The notes under the pieces are model-generated. The model had not been told where the DNA came from and ran no database searches. It was given only the letters and a program-made list of their open reading frames with translations. The translations under genes and the position numbers were made by a program. From an uncultured Thermoleophilia bacterium (GTDB taxonomy: Bacteria; Actinomycetota; Thermoleophilia; UBA2241), in the NCBI GenBank assembly GCA_963736645.1, contig CAVTPJ010000008.1, positions 653,325 through 717,324 of the forward strand: a stretch of 64,000 nt of DNA, given 5' to 3'. This document shows, in pieces, positions 36,078-45,590 of this stretch; position 1 is the first letter of the stretch; each line of letters starts with the position of its first letter.

Positions 36078-37493
36078 TCAATCCGCGCCGGCGGCGCGAC
36101 GCACCGTTCCGCGAGGGGTCGGGAGCGGCCACTTGCGCTTGAGCGCCTTGATGAACGCCCGGTTGCGCTCGTCCCGGCGCCAGTTGCGGATGATCGCCAT
36201 GCCCCACCAGTGGAACAGCAGCTGCTTGGTGAACTGCAGCGTGAAGATGTAGCCCAGCCAGGTGCGCAGCGAGTAGAAGCGCATGTAGCCGCGGAGCACC
36301 TCGATCTGCAGTTCGTAGGGCGTCATGAGCGCCGGCTCGAAGACGACGTGGTGGGCGTCGTAGAGCTCCCACCGCTTGTCGAAGATGCGGCCGGCCTCGT
36401 CGAACTCCTTGAACTGGAGCGTCCCGGGCAGCGGCGTGAGGATGTTCAGCATCACCGTGTCGATCTTGTTCTTGATCGCGAAGGCGACGGTGTCGCGGAC
36501 GGTCTGCACGTCGTCGCTGTCGGCGCCGAGCACGAACATGCCGTGGCTCTTGATGCCGTAGTCGTGCAGGATCCTGATGGCGTTCTCGATGTCGGCCACC
36601 GTCTGCGATTTCTCGAACCGGTCCAGTGTCTCCTGGTTGACCGACTCGAGGCCGAGGTAGACGAGCTGGCACCCTGAGCGCTGCATGAGATCCAGCAGCT
36701 CCGCGTCGCGGACCACGTCCGTGCGCACCTGGGCAGACCAGGGGATCACGAGACCCTCGTCGATCATCATCTGCAGCAGCGTCTTGAGCCGCTTGCGGTT
36801 CGCGGCCATGTTGTCGTCGTAGAAGAAGATGCGCTGCGGGCGCTTGTCTTTGAGTTCTGCGATCACGCTCTCCGCGCTGCGAAAGCGGTACTTCTTGCCG
36901 AACATCGCCGTGACGGAGCAGAACGTGCAATCGAAGGGGCAGCCCCAGCTGGTCATGATCGGCATCGTCGTGAGTCTGTCGCCGCCCACGAGCAGACGCA
37001 GGTCGGGGAACGGCAGCTCGTCGAGGTCGGCGAGGGCTGCACGCGGAGGATTGTGCACCGCGACGCCGTCGCGCATGAACGAGAGGCCGGCGATGGTGTC
37101 GAGCTCGCGGTCGCCGGCGAGCGCCTCGATGAGCTCGAGCATGAGCTGCTCGCCGCCTTCTCCGCGGGCGACGAAGTCCACGTGCTCGAGCGCCTCGTCG
37201 GCCATGAAGGTCACGTGCGAGCCGCCGATCACGACGGGGATGCCGCGTGCGCGCAGGTCGCGGGAGAAGGCGTAGGCGGTCGATGCCGTCGAGGTCGTGC
37301 TCGAGAGGCCGACGAGATCCGAGGTGTTGACGTCGTCCCAGTCGATGGGCGCCATGGTCGGGTTGTAGACGAGCACGTCGTGGCCGTGCTCCTTGAGCGC
37401 GGCGGCGATGATCGGCAGCCCCAGGCGGGGAAGCAGGACCTTCGCCCACACGTGCATGCCGGGCGGCTCGGGCTCGATGAGGCGGATCTTCAT
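36078..37493 (-). CDS. B12-binding-domain radical SAM protein (class B)
   Basis: N-terminal cobalamin-binding Rossmann region, then radical SAM CPFDCTFC; start at the internal Met (MKIRLIEPEPP); the exact start coordinate is +/-1-2 nt because codon phasing at the 37500 line boundary could not be reconciled from the printed sequence. Confidence 0.7.
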   Translation of the reverse strand: MKIRLIEPEPPGMHVWAKVLLPRLGLPIIAAALKEHGHDVLVYNPTMAPIDWDDVNTSDLVGLSSTTSTASTAYAFSRDLRARGIPVVIGGSHVTFMADEALEHVDFVARGEGGEQLMLELIEALAGDRELDTIAGLSFMRDGVAVHNPPRAALADLDELPFPDLRLLVGGDRLTTMPIMTSWGCPFDCTFCSVTAMFGKKYRFRSAESVIAELKDKRPQRIFFYDDNMAANRKRLKTLLQMMIDEGLVIPWSAQVRTDVVRDAELLDLMQRSGCQLVYLGLESVNQETLDRFEKSQTVADIENAIRILHDYGIKSHGMFVLGADSDDVQTVRDTVAFAIKNKIDTVMLNILTPLPGTLQFKEFDEAGRIFDKRWELYDAHHVVFEPALMTPYELQIEVLRGYMRFYSLRTWLGYIFTLQFTKQLLFHWWGMAIIRNWRRDERNRAFIKALKRKWPLPTPRGTVRRAAGAD

Positions 37494-37706
37494 GGCGCTC
37501 CTTGGAACTGGGAACGAGCCATCGGGGTCGCTGGTCGGTCTGTGGCCGATCCGCGGCCGCGAGAGGGCGGTCACCCGGTCGATGATGTCAGTCGCAAGGT
37601 CTCACGCCGCGCGGCCGGGCAAACGCCGCGCGGAAGCGCTTCTTCAAGGGACAGCATACCGCACTGCAGACGGGGTGACGCCCGCCGCTCCCGGCGGGGC
37701 AGGCCC

Positions 37707-38699
37707 TCAGAAGAGCGCCCTGAGCGCTTCGCCGGCGAGATAGACCCCGGCGCCGACGAGGCCGGCCGCCGGCAGCGTGAGGACCCACGCGGTGACGATG
37801 TTGCCGGCGACTCCCCAGCGCACGGCGGAAAGCCGCTGCGTCGAGCCCACGCCCATGATGGAGGCCGTGATCGTATGCGTGGTCGAGACGGGGACGCCGA
37901 AGTGCGTCGCGACCTGGATGACGCTCGCGGCCGTGGTCTCGGCGGCGAACCCGTGGATGGGGTCCAGCTTGATGACCTTGGATCCGAGGGTGTGGATGAT
38001 GCGCCAGCCGCCCGAGTAGGTGCCGAGGGCCATGGCGACCGCGCAGACGATCTTGACCCAGGTCGGGATGTAGAACGCGTCGATGCTCCCGCTCGCGAAG
38101 AGGGCGAGCGCGATGATGCCCATCGTCTTCTGCGCGTCGTTGGCGCCGTGCGAGAAGGCCATGAACCCGGCCGAGATGGGCTGGAGGCGGCGGAACCACG
38201 TGTTGACGGGCCCCTGCTGGCGGCTGCGCACCAGCCAGATCAGGCCCGTCATCAGCAGCCACGCGCCGACGAACCCGATGAGCGGTGAGAAGACCATCGG
38301 CAGGATGATCTTCTCGACGACCCCACTCCAGATGACTCCGTCGACGCCTGCCTTGGCGATCATGGCGCCGATGAGGCCGCCGAACAGCGCGTGGGAGGAG
38401 CTGGACGGGATGCCGAAGTGCCACGTGACGAAGTTCCAGACGACCGCTCCCACCAGAGTGGCCATGACCACCGTCAGGGTCACGAGTTCGGTGTCGACGA
38501 TGCCTTCGCCCACGGTCTTGGCGACGCTGGTGGAGACCAGGGCGCCCAGGAGGTTCAGCCCCGCCGCCATGATCACCGCGACCCGCGGGGAGAGGGCGCG
38601 CGTCGAGACAGAGGTCGCGATCGCGTTGGCGGTGTCGTGGAAGCCGTTGGTGTAGTCGAAGACGAGCGCCAGTACGACGATCGCGATGAGGAGGGCCAC
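37707..38699 (-). CDS. pitA: inorganic phosphate transporter, PiT family
   Basis: 330 aa, PHO4/PiT signature (NGFHDTANAIATSV, GANDAQKTMG). Confidence 0.85.
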   Translation of the reverse strand: MALLIAIVVLALVFDYTNGFHDTANAIATSVSTRALSPRVAVIMAAGLNLLGALVSTSVAKTVGEGIVDTELVTLTVVMATLVGAVVWNFVTWHFGIPSSSSHALFGGLIGAMIAKAGVDGVIWSGVVEKIILPMVFSPLIGFVGAWLLMTGLIWLVRSRQQGPVNTWFRRLQPISAGFMAFSHGANDAQKTMGIIALALFASGSIDAFYIPTWVKIVCAVAMALGTYSGGWRIIHTLGSKVIKLDPIHGFAAETTAASVIQVATHFGVPVSTTHTITASIMGVGSTQRLSAVRWGVAGNIVTAWVLTLPAAGLVGAGVYLAGEALRALF

Positions 38700-38713
38700 T
38701 GCCTGTGCTCAGG

Positions 38714-39328
38714 TCAGTTGTGCTTGAGAACGATGCTCTCGATGACGTTGGCGACGTGCTCGCACTCGTCCATGGCGTTCTCGAGGGTCTCGTAGATGGC
38801 TTTCCACTTGATGATGTCGGTGCACTTGGTGTCGCCCTCGAAGAGGCTGGCGATGGCTTCGCGCTCGATACGGTCGGCGTCGTTCTCGAGGCTGTTGACG
38901 GCGATGATGCGCTCGTCCAGACCCTTGGCCTTCTCGAGGTTGTCCATGCACTCGCGGAGGATGGGCGTCGCCTTGGCGATGATCTGGGCCTGGCGGCGTG
39001 CGTAGTCGGTGATCGCGTCGACGCGGTAGATGAGCACCAGGTCGGCCGCCTCCTCGATGCTGTCGAGGACCTCATCGGCGGTGGCCACGAGGTCGTAGAT
39101 GTCCTCGCGGTCGATGGGCGTGATGAACGACTTGTTCAGGCGGCGCACGATGTCGTGCACGATCTTGTCGCCGACGTGTTCGTGCTCGAGGATCGCGGCG
39201 TGGATGGCCTTGCGGTCGTCGTCATCCATGAACTTGGCGAGCAGCTGCGCGGCCGTGTCGAGGTTGGCCGCCAGCTCCGAGAACAGCCGGAAGTAGTCAT
39301 GTTCCTTGGGAACCAGACTGAGTCTCAC
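38714..39328 (-). CDS. DUF47 (PhoU-like) Pit accessory protein
   Basis: 204-aa helical PhoU-like protein immediately upstream of pitA in the same orientation. Confidence 0.75.
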   Translation of the reverse strand: MRLSLVPKEHDYFRLFSELAANLDTAAQLLAKFMDDDDRKAIHAAILEHEHVGDKIVHDIVRRLNKSFITPIDREDIYDLVATADEVLDSIEEAADLVLIYRVDAITDYARRQAQIIAKATPILRECMDNLEKAKGLDERIIAVNSLENDADRIEREAIASLFEGDTKCTDIIKWKAIYETLENAMDECEHVANVIESIVLKHN

Positions 39329-39572
39329 GCGGCTTCCTTTCCCCTACCTGCCCTGTGCCGCGCGTAATCGTATATGGATTGGGGCGGCGCGCAACCCCTT
39401 GGCGCGGACGGGCGTCGCGCCGCCCGTGGCCCGCCCGGATCGGGCCGTTGCCGCGTCAGGCGACAGGCGATCGGCGCACGGCCGTAAGGTTTGGCGCCGC
39501 GGTGTCGTTAATGAGATGGGGAGCCACGGCGCTTGAACGCGGGCGGTCAACGGACCAGGGAGGTCGCAGAAG

Positions 39573-40003
39573 TGAAGAGGATCCTGCCAATGATCGTCGT
39601 CGCCGCGCTGGCGCTGACGCTCGTCCCGCTGGCCCTGGCCGGCGCGTCGGGCGGCGGGGGCTGGAAGCACGGCAAAGCCAAGTTCAACCTGGTAGGCACG
39701 GTCACCGCCGTGGACGCCTCGGCCGGCACCATGACCATCGACGTCAAGGCCGGCACCAGGAGCGTGCGCGTGCTCCGCGACGCTCCGGCGCCCGTCACCC
39801 TGCCGGTCGCGACCGGCGCGCGCATCCGCCTGGTGAGCGCCGACGGCTGCGTCAAGATCGAGCTGGGTCAGGTGCCGGCGCCCGGCGCCAAGGTCAAGGC
39901 TCGCGGCAAGATCAGCGGCGCGGGCACCGAGCTGGTGTACACCGTGTATGACGTGAAGGTGAAAGCGCCGGCCGTAGTCCCTGAGCCCTCACCGGCGGAG
40001 TAG
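39573..40003 (+). CDS. secreted hypothetical protein (DUF5666-like)
   Basis: Signal peptide (ILPMIVVAALALTLVPLALA) and repeated GTVTAVDA...TMTIDVK motif; GTG with RBS GGGAGG. Confidence 0.45.
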
Positions 40004-40159
40004 CCGGAGACGGCAGGGCCGCAGGCGCCACGAGGCCGGCGGCACCATGAGGCCGCCGTCGCGGCTCGCGAGGCGAGCCGCGACGGCGGCCTTGTCTCTG
40101 CGCCCGCGCGCGTCGGTCAGGAGCGACGGTCCGCGGCGTCTCACGAGTGTCAACCTTGT

Positions 40160-41374
40160 GTGTATTCGGTAGAGTGCACCCCGATGACCGCCGATCACGA
40201 CGCATACTTCGAAGAGGTCGAGGCCAGGTTCGAGAACGCCCACGATCTCGATCTCGGCCTCGAAGAGGAGTTCCAGGTCCTCGACCGCGAGACGCTGGCG
40301 CTCACACCCGGTTTCGAGCCGCTGCGCGACTCCGCGCCGCTGCGCCTGCGCGAACGCATCGCCGGCGAGCTGCTCACCTCGGAGATCGAGGTCTCCACGC
40401 CGCGCACGCTGCACTTCGGGCAGGCGGCGAAGCAGCTCCTGCTCAATCGCGAAGAGCTCTTCGCGCATGCGGACGCCCAGGGCTACGCGCTCGGGTCCAC
40501 CGGCACGCACCCCTTCTCCGGCTGGAAGGACCAGCAGATCATCGACACCCCGCACTACCGCCTGGTGGAGGACCGGCTCAAGTACGTCGCGTGGCGCAAC
40601 AACACCTGGGCCGCGCACGTGCACGTGGGCGTGCGCGGGTGCGACAGGGCCGTAGCGGTCTGCGACGCGCTGCGGACCTACCTGCCGCACCTGCTCGCCC
40701 TGTCCGCGAACTCGCCCTTCATCGAGGACGTATGGACGCAGCTGCACTCGGTGCGCACGCAGACGTTCGTGCGCATGTTCCCGCGGTGCGGCATCCCCGA
40801 CGTGTTCGGCACCTGGGCGGCGCACCGCGGTTTCTACGAGGAGCTCATCGACACCAACTGCATCCAGGAGTTCACGCAGGTCTGGTGGTCGGTGCGGCCT
40901 CACCATCGATTCGGCACCGTGGAGGTGCGCATCTGTGACGCCCAGACCGAGGCCTGGCAGAGCCTCGCCATCTCGTCGCTCACCGTGGGCCTGATCGCTC
41001 ACCTGGGGCGTGTGTACGACGAAGGCATGCCGCTGCCGATCCTCGAGACCCGGTACATCGAAGAGAACCTGTGGCGGGCGATCCGCTTCGGGCTGGACGG
41101 CAAGCTGGTGGACTGGGTGATGGGGGAGGAGCTGCCGGCCACCGACGCCGTGCGTCATCTGGTCGAGCTCGCGGCGCCGTACGCCGACGGCATCGGCCTG
41201 AGCCCGCACCTCGCCGACGTCGAGCGCATCCTGCGCGACGGCAACGGCGCCCAACGGCAGTCCCGCGCGCACCTCGAGGGCGCCGGCCTTCGCGAGGTGT
41301 TCGCGCGCACGGTCGCCGAGGCGCATCGGAGCTCGATCAAGCACACCGCTGACATGCAGGGAGATCAGGTATGA
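40160..41374 (+). CDS. ybdK: carboxylate-amine ligase YbdK (glutamate-cysteine ligase family 2)
   Basis: GCS2-family motifs (GTHPF, HVHVGV, EVRICD); 404 aa, start could be the internal M at 40184. Confidence 0.8.
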   Translation: MYSVECTPMTADHDAYFEEVEARFENAHDLDLGLEEEFQVLDRETLALTPGFEPLRDSAPLRLRERIAGELLTSEIEVSTPRTLHFGQAAKQLLLNREELFAHADAQGYALGSTGTHPFSGWKDQQIIDTPHYRLVEDRLKYVAWRNNTWAAHVHVGVRGCDRAVAVCDALRTYLPHLLALSANSPFIEDVWTQLHSVRTQTFVRMFPRCGIPDVFGTWAAHRGFYEELIDTNCIQEFTQVWWSVRPHHRFGTVEVRICDAQTEAWQSLAISSLTVGLIAHLGRVYDEGMPLPILETRYIEENLWRAIRFGLDGKLVDWVMGEELPATDAVRHLVELAAPYADGIGLSPHLADVERILRDGNGAQRQSRAHLEGAGLREVFARTVAEAHRSSIKHTADMQGDQV

Positions 41375-41910
41375 GTGACACGTCCGGCCAGGGCCGGGTC
41401 GTCTCCGACGAGGAGCGCGCCCGGGCCGTCCTCGAGCAGCTCAAGAGCGTGCACGCCTTCGACCTGGCCTACGAGATGATGGTCGGCCTGGTGAGCTTCG
41501 GCTACCAGAAGATGGGACTGGCGGACGAGACGCGGCCGGTGCGCGATCTTGCGGATGCTCGCCTGTCGATCGAGCTGCTGCGCGCGATGCTCGACGTCGT
41601 CGAGCGCGAGTTGGGCGACGAGCGCACCGGCGGGATCCGCGACACCCTGGCGCAGATGCAGCTCGCGTTCGCACACGCGGTGCAGCTGGCCAATGCCGAG
41701 CAGGCCGCCGCCGCCGAGCAGGCAGGAGCGACGCCTGACGCGGACGAGGGCACGGGCGACACGCGGGAGGCAGATGGCGCGCCGGAGCCCGCCGCGCAGG
41801 AGAAGCCCGGAGCCAAGAAGGCGCCGGCGGCGAAGAAGGCGCCGGCGAAGAAGAAGCCTCCGGCGCAGAGGAAGCCCGCGGCGAAGAAGAAGCCGGCCGG
41901 CGAGAGCTGA
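41371..41910 (+). CDS. hypothetical protein with Lys/Ala/Pro-rich histone-H1-like tail (possibly DUF1844)
   Basis: 179 aa; helical N-domain then PGAKKAPAAKKAPAKKKPPAQRKPAAKKKPAGES tail; ATGA overlap with ybdK. Confidence 0.45.
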   Translation: MSDTSGQGRVVSDEERARAVLEQLKSVHAFDLAYEMMVGLVSFGYQKMGLADETRPVRDLADARLSIELLRAMLDVVERELGDERTGGIRDTLAQMQLAFAHAVQLANAEQAAAAEQAGATPDADEGTGDTREADGAPEPAAQEKPGAKKAPAAKKAPAKKKPPAQRKPAAKKKPAGES

Positions 41911-41970
41911 TCAGCCCGCGCAGCCGAGCTGACCAGGGGGGCGCCGGAGGCGCACCGCCCGCTGCCGGCG

Positions 41971-42651
41971 TCAGACGCCGGCCAGCTCCCAGAAGCGGGG
42001 CTCGTCCAGCGTTTCACCGGGCTCGACGACGATGAACTCCTCGTCGTGAGGCCCGGCCACCAGCTTCTCGAGAAACCGCAGCGAGCCGGTGAGGGGCACG
42101 AGCGGCAGCTCGTAGAACTCGCTCACGGTCTCGAGGTACTCCCGCTTGTCCTCGAGCCCCGGCACGCCCGGCGTCTCGATGACGGCGACGCGGGTGTAGT
42201 GCTCCATGATCATGCGGGCCACGCGCGCCGACCTCTCCTCGCCGTACTTGGGGACGATCTTGAGGTACTCCTTGTACGGGTCCTCGATGAAGTCCACCCA
42301 CCCGCGCGTGTAGTAGTACGTGCCCGGCTGGGCGCCGTGCTCCTCGAGATACCGGGCGCGTGAGCCGAGCAGCAGGGAGATGCAGTCGTCGGCTGCCGGC
42401 AGCACGAGGCGGTGCTCGCCCCCCTGCAGGCCGACGGTGCCGTTGCTGCATCGGGCGCACGCGAGGTAGATGTCGCAGTCGCCCGGCGTGCTGTCTATGC
42501 GCTCCTGGAGGGCGCTGCGCAGCCTGTCCGGGTAGTCGTGCAGCGCCCCGTCGACGAACTCGATCTCGAGGCCGCGCCCGTCTCTCTCGAGCACGCACTC
42601 GATCTCGTTGCGGAGCACTTCGCAGCTGACGATCCTGGGGGCCGGACTCAT
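41971..42651 (-). CDS. DUF1638 domain protein
   Basis: Matches the DUF1638 pattern (CEVLRNEIE...DYPDRLRSALQERID...IYLACARCSNG); start at internal ATG 42651. Confidence 0.55.
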   Translation of the reverse strand: MSPAPRIVSCEVLRNEIECVLERDGRGLEIEFVDGALHDYPDRLRSALQERIDSTPGDCDIYLACARCSNGTVGLQGGEHRLVLPAADDCISLLLGSRARYLEEHGAQPGTYYYTRGWVDFIEDPYKEYLKIVPKYGEERSARVARMIMEHYTRVAVIETPGVPGLEDKREYLETVSEFYELPLVPLTGSLRFLEKLVAGPHDEEFIVVEPGETLDEPRFWELAGV

Positions 42652-42839
42652 GACCGCATAGTAACAGGACCGTAGCGGTCCTGTCGCTCCGGCGGTCACC
42701 CGCGAGCGCCTCGCGCGCGCGGCATCCACGTGTACGCGGTCGCGCCGCCTGCGGTAGCATGGTCATCTCGCTTTCGTGGACGACATCGTCGCGTCGCGGT
42801 GCTTCACGGCCGTGCGCGCTGGAGCATGAGGAGGATCTC

Positions 42840-43694
42840 GTGAGCGTCAACAAGCTGCTCGTCGCGGGCGCCGGCCAGATGGGCGCCGGCATCGTCCAGG
42901 TCTCGGCCGTCGCCGGGCTCGAGGTCGTCATGATCGACGTGGCCGAGGAGTTCGTCGCGCGCGGCATGGCGGGTATCGAGAAGGGCCTCGGCAGACTGGT
43001 CGACAAGGGCCGCATGGAGGCATCGGCTCGTGATGCGGCCTTGGCTCGGATCACGACGAGCACCGACATGGCGGCCGGCGCCGACGCCGATCTCTTCATC
43101 GAGGCGGCGCCGGAGTCGATGGAGCTCAAGCAGGGTCTCTTCGAACAGGTCGCCGCTCTGCTGCGGCCGGACGCGATCATCGCCTCCAATACGTCGAGCC
43201 TCTCGGTGAGCGCTCTCGCCGCGTTCGTCACGGAGCCGCAGCGCTTCGTCGGCATCCACTTCTTCAACCCCGTGCCGATGATGGCGCTGGTCGAGGTCGT
43301 GCGCGGCGAGCGGACGAGCGACGCGACGCTCGCCGCCGCCAGGGAGTTCGCGGAGGCGGTCGGCAAGACGGCGATCACCGTCAAGGACTCTCCCGGGTTC
43401 GTCGTCAACCGCATCCTCTTCCCGATGATCAACGAGGCCGCCAACGCCTTCGCCGAGGGTGTGGCCAGCGCCGAGGACATCGACACGGGCATGAAGCTCG
43501 GCGCCAATTGGCCGATGGGCCCGCTCGCGCTCGCCGACCTCGTGGGCATCGACACGACGACGGCCATCATCGAGTCGCTGGAACGTGAGCTCGGCGATCC
43601 CAAGTACGCGCCGAGCCCGGCGCTCAAGGGGCTGCTTGCCGCCGGCAAGCTCGGCCGCAAGAGCGGCGCCGGGTTCTACGACTACGGCAAGTGA
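42840..43694 (+). CDS. hbd: 3-hydroxybutyryl-CoA / 3-hydroxyacyl-CoA dehydrogenase
   Basis: NAD-binding VAGAGQMGAGI, 3HCDH catalytic and C-terminal domains; GTG with RBS GAGGAGG. Confidence 0.85.
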   Translation: MSVNKLLVAGAGQMGAGIVQVSAVAGLEVVMIDVAEEFVARGMAGIEKGLGRLVDKGRMEASARDAALARITTSTDMAAGADADLFIEAAPESMELKQGLFEQVAALLRPDAIIASNTSSLSVSALAAFVTEPQRFVGIHFFNPVPMMALVEVVRGERTSDATLAAAREFAEAVGKTAITVKDSPGFVVNRILFPMINEAANAFAEGVASAEDIDTGMKLGANWPMGPLALADLVGIDTTTAIIESLERELGDPKYAPSPALKGLLAAGKLGRKSGAGFYDYGK

Positions 43695-43701
43695 CGCCGC
43701 C

Positions 43702-44229
43702 GTGACGCCTCTCGAGCGAGGGTACGCCCAGCTCTACACGGGCGACGGCAAGGGCAAGACGACCGCGGCGCTCGGCCTCGTCCTGCGTGCGCTCGGCCAG
43801 GGTCTGCGACCCGCCGTGCTCCAGTTCATGAAGGCCGATCCCACCTGGGGCGAGATCGTCACACTGAAGAAGCTCGGAGTGCCGGTGCGGCAGTGCGGGC
43901 TTGACCACTGGGTGTTCAAGGGCGAGGCCTCGGACGAGGACCTCGCCGCTGCGGCCGCCGGGTTCGACAGGGCGAAGGCGCTGGTCGAGGGCGGCGACTA
44001 CGACCTGGTGGTCCTGGACGAACTCGTGACGGCGGTCTTTTTCGAGTTGATCCCCGTGACCAGGGTGACCGACCTCATCGCCGGCAAACCGGAGGCGGTC
44101 GAGCTGGTGATCACCGGCCGCCGCGCGCCGGAGGAACTGATCGAGGCGGCCGACCTCGTCACCGAGATGCGCCCGCTCAAGCACTACTTCGACGCGGGCG
44201 TGCAGGCGCGTCCGGGCATCGAGTTCTGA
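43702..44229 (+). CDS. cobO: cob(I)yrinic acid a,c-diamide (corrinoid) adenosyltransferase CobO/BtuR type
   Basis: P-loop YTGDGKGKTTAALG and CobA/CobO family length (175 aa). Confidence 0.8.
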   Translation: MTPLERGYAQLYTGDGKGKTTAALGLVLRALGQGLRPAVLQFMKADPTWGEIVTLKKLGVPVRQCGLDHWVFKGEASDEDLAAAAAGFDRAKALVEGGDYDLVVLDELVTAVFFELIPVTRVTDLIAGKPEAVELVITGRRAPEELIEAADLVTEMRPLKHYFDAGVQARPGIEF

Positions 44230-44242
44230 GGGAGTCGCGCGA

Positions 44243-45562
44243 GTGACGCACACGCTGATCTACCCGCACACGACCGTCCACAACGCGGCCGGCCACCTCG
44301 AGATCGGCGGATGCGACGTCGTGGACCTCGCTCGCGAGTTCGGCACGCCGCTCTTCATCTACGACGAGCAGACCGTGCGCGACCAGTGCCGCGCCTACCA
44401 CGCCGCATTCGGCGCGCGCACCGACCTCTACGAGATCGTGTACGCGAGCAAGGCCTTCAGCTGCCGCGCGATGGCCGAGCTGGTCGCGCAGGAGGACCTC
44501 TCGCTCGACGTCGCCACCGGCGGCGAGCTGGCAGCAGCCCGCGCCGCCGGCTTCCCGCCACGGCGCATCTACTTCCACGGCAACAACAAGTCGGCCGCCG
44601 AGATCGAGGCCGGCCTCGACGCCGGCATCGGCCAGTTCGTCGTCGACTCGTTCGAGGAGATCGATCGGCTCGAGGCGGCCGCGGCGGCGCGGGACCGCGC
44701 CCAGGACGTGCTCGTGCGCGTCACGCCCGGTGTGCGCCCGCACACGCATGACTTCGTCCAGACCGGCCAGCAGGACAGCAAGTTCGGCTTCGGGCTGGCC
44801 GACGGACTCGCGTACGAGGCGGTGCGCCGACTCGGGGACGCGCCTCACCTCACGCTCGTCGGCGTGCACGCACACATCGGCTCGCAGATCTTCGAGCTCG
44901 ACTCGTACCGCCGCGAGGTCGAGGTGCTCTTCGTCGCCATCGACGAATGGCGGCGCTCGTTCGGCTTCGACTGCTGCATCTTCAACATCGGCGGCGGCCT
45001 CGGCATCCGCTACACCGAGGACGACCGGCCCAGCTCTATCGCCGAGTTCGCCGAGGTGAGCGTGAGCGCCGTCCGCGAGGGCGCCGCGCGTCACGGCATG
45101 GAGATGCCCAAGCTCTTTGTGGAGCCGGGACGGAGCATCGCCGGCAAGGCGGCCGTCACCGCCTACACGGTCGGCACCGTCAAGGTCATCCCCGGGGTGC
45201 GCACCTACGTGGCCGTCGACGGCGGCATGAGCGACAACCTCCGGCCGATGCTCTACGACTCCAAGTACGAGGCCATGCTGGCGAACAAGGCGGAGGTGCC
45301 GGCGACGGACGTGGTCACCATCGCCGGCAAGCACTGCGAGTCCGGCGACGTGCTCGTACGCGACGTGCACGTCGCGCCGCCCGAGCCGGGCGACATCCTC
45401 GTCACGCCGGGCACCGGCGCCTACGGTTACGCGATGGCCAACAACTACAACGCGCAGCCGCGCCCGGCCGTGGTGCTGGCCGGCGACGGCCGGGCGCGCA
45501 TCATCATCGAGCGAGAGACCTGGGGCGACGTGCTGCGCCTGCAGCGCCCCCTCGTCACTTGA
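44243..45562 (+). CDS. lysA: diaminopimelate decarboxylase
   Basis: Fold-III PLP decarboxylase (YASKAF PLP-Lys, GGGLGI, EPGRSIAG, CESGD), 439 aa. Confidence 0.9.
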   Translation: MTHTLIYPHTTVHNAAGHLEIGGCDVVDLAREFGTPLFIYDEQTVRDQCRAYHAAFGARTDLYEIVYASKAFSCRAMAELVAQEDLSLDVATGGELAAARAAGFPPRRIYFHGNNKSAAEIEAGLDAGIGQFVVDSFEEIDRLEAAAAARDRAQDVLVRVTPGVRPHTHDFVQTGQQDSKFGFGLADGLAYEAVRRLGDAPHLTLVGVHAHIGSQIFELDSYRREVEVLFVAIDEWRRSFGFDCCIFNIGGGLGIRYTEDDRPSSIAEFAEVSVSAVREGAARHGMEMPKLFVEPGRSIAGKAAVTAYTVGTVKVIPGVRTYVAVDGGMSDNLRPMLYDSKYEAMLANKAEVPATDVVTIAGKHCESGDVLVRDVHVAPPEPGDILVTPGTGAYGYAMANNYNAQPRPAVVLAGDGRARIIIERETWGDVLRLQRPLVT

Positions 45563-45590
45563 CGACCCACGATCGCGGAGGGCTGAGGCA

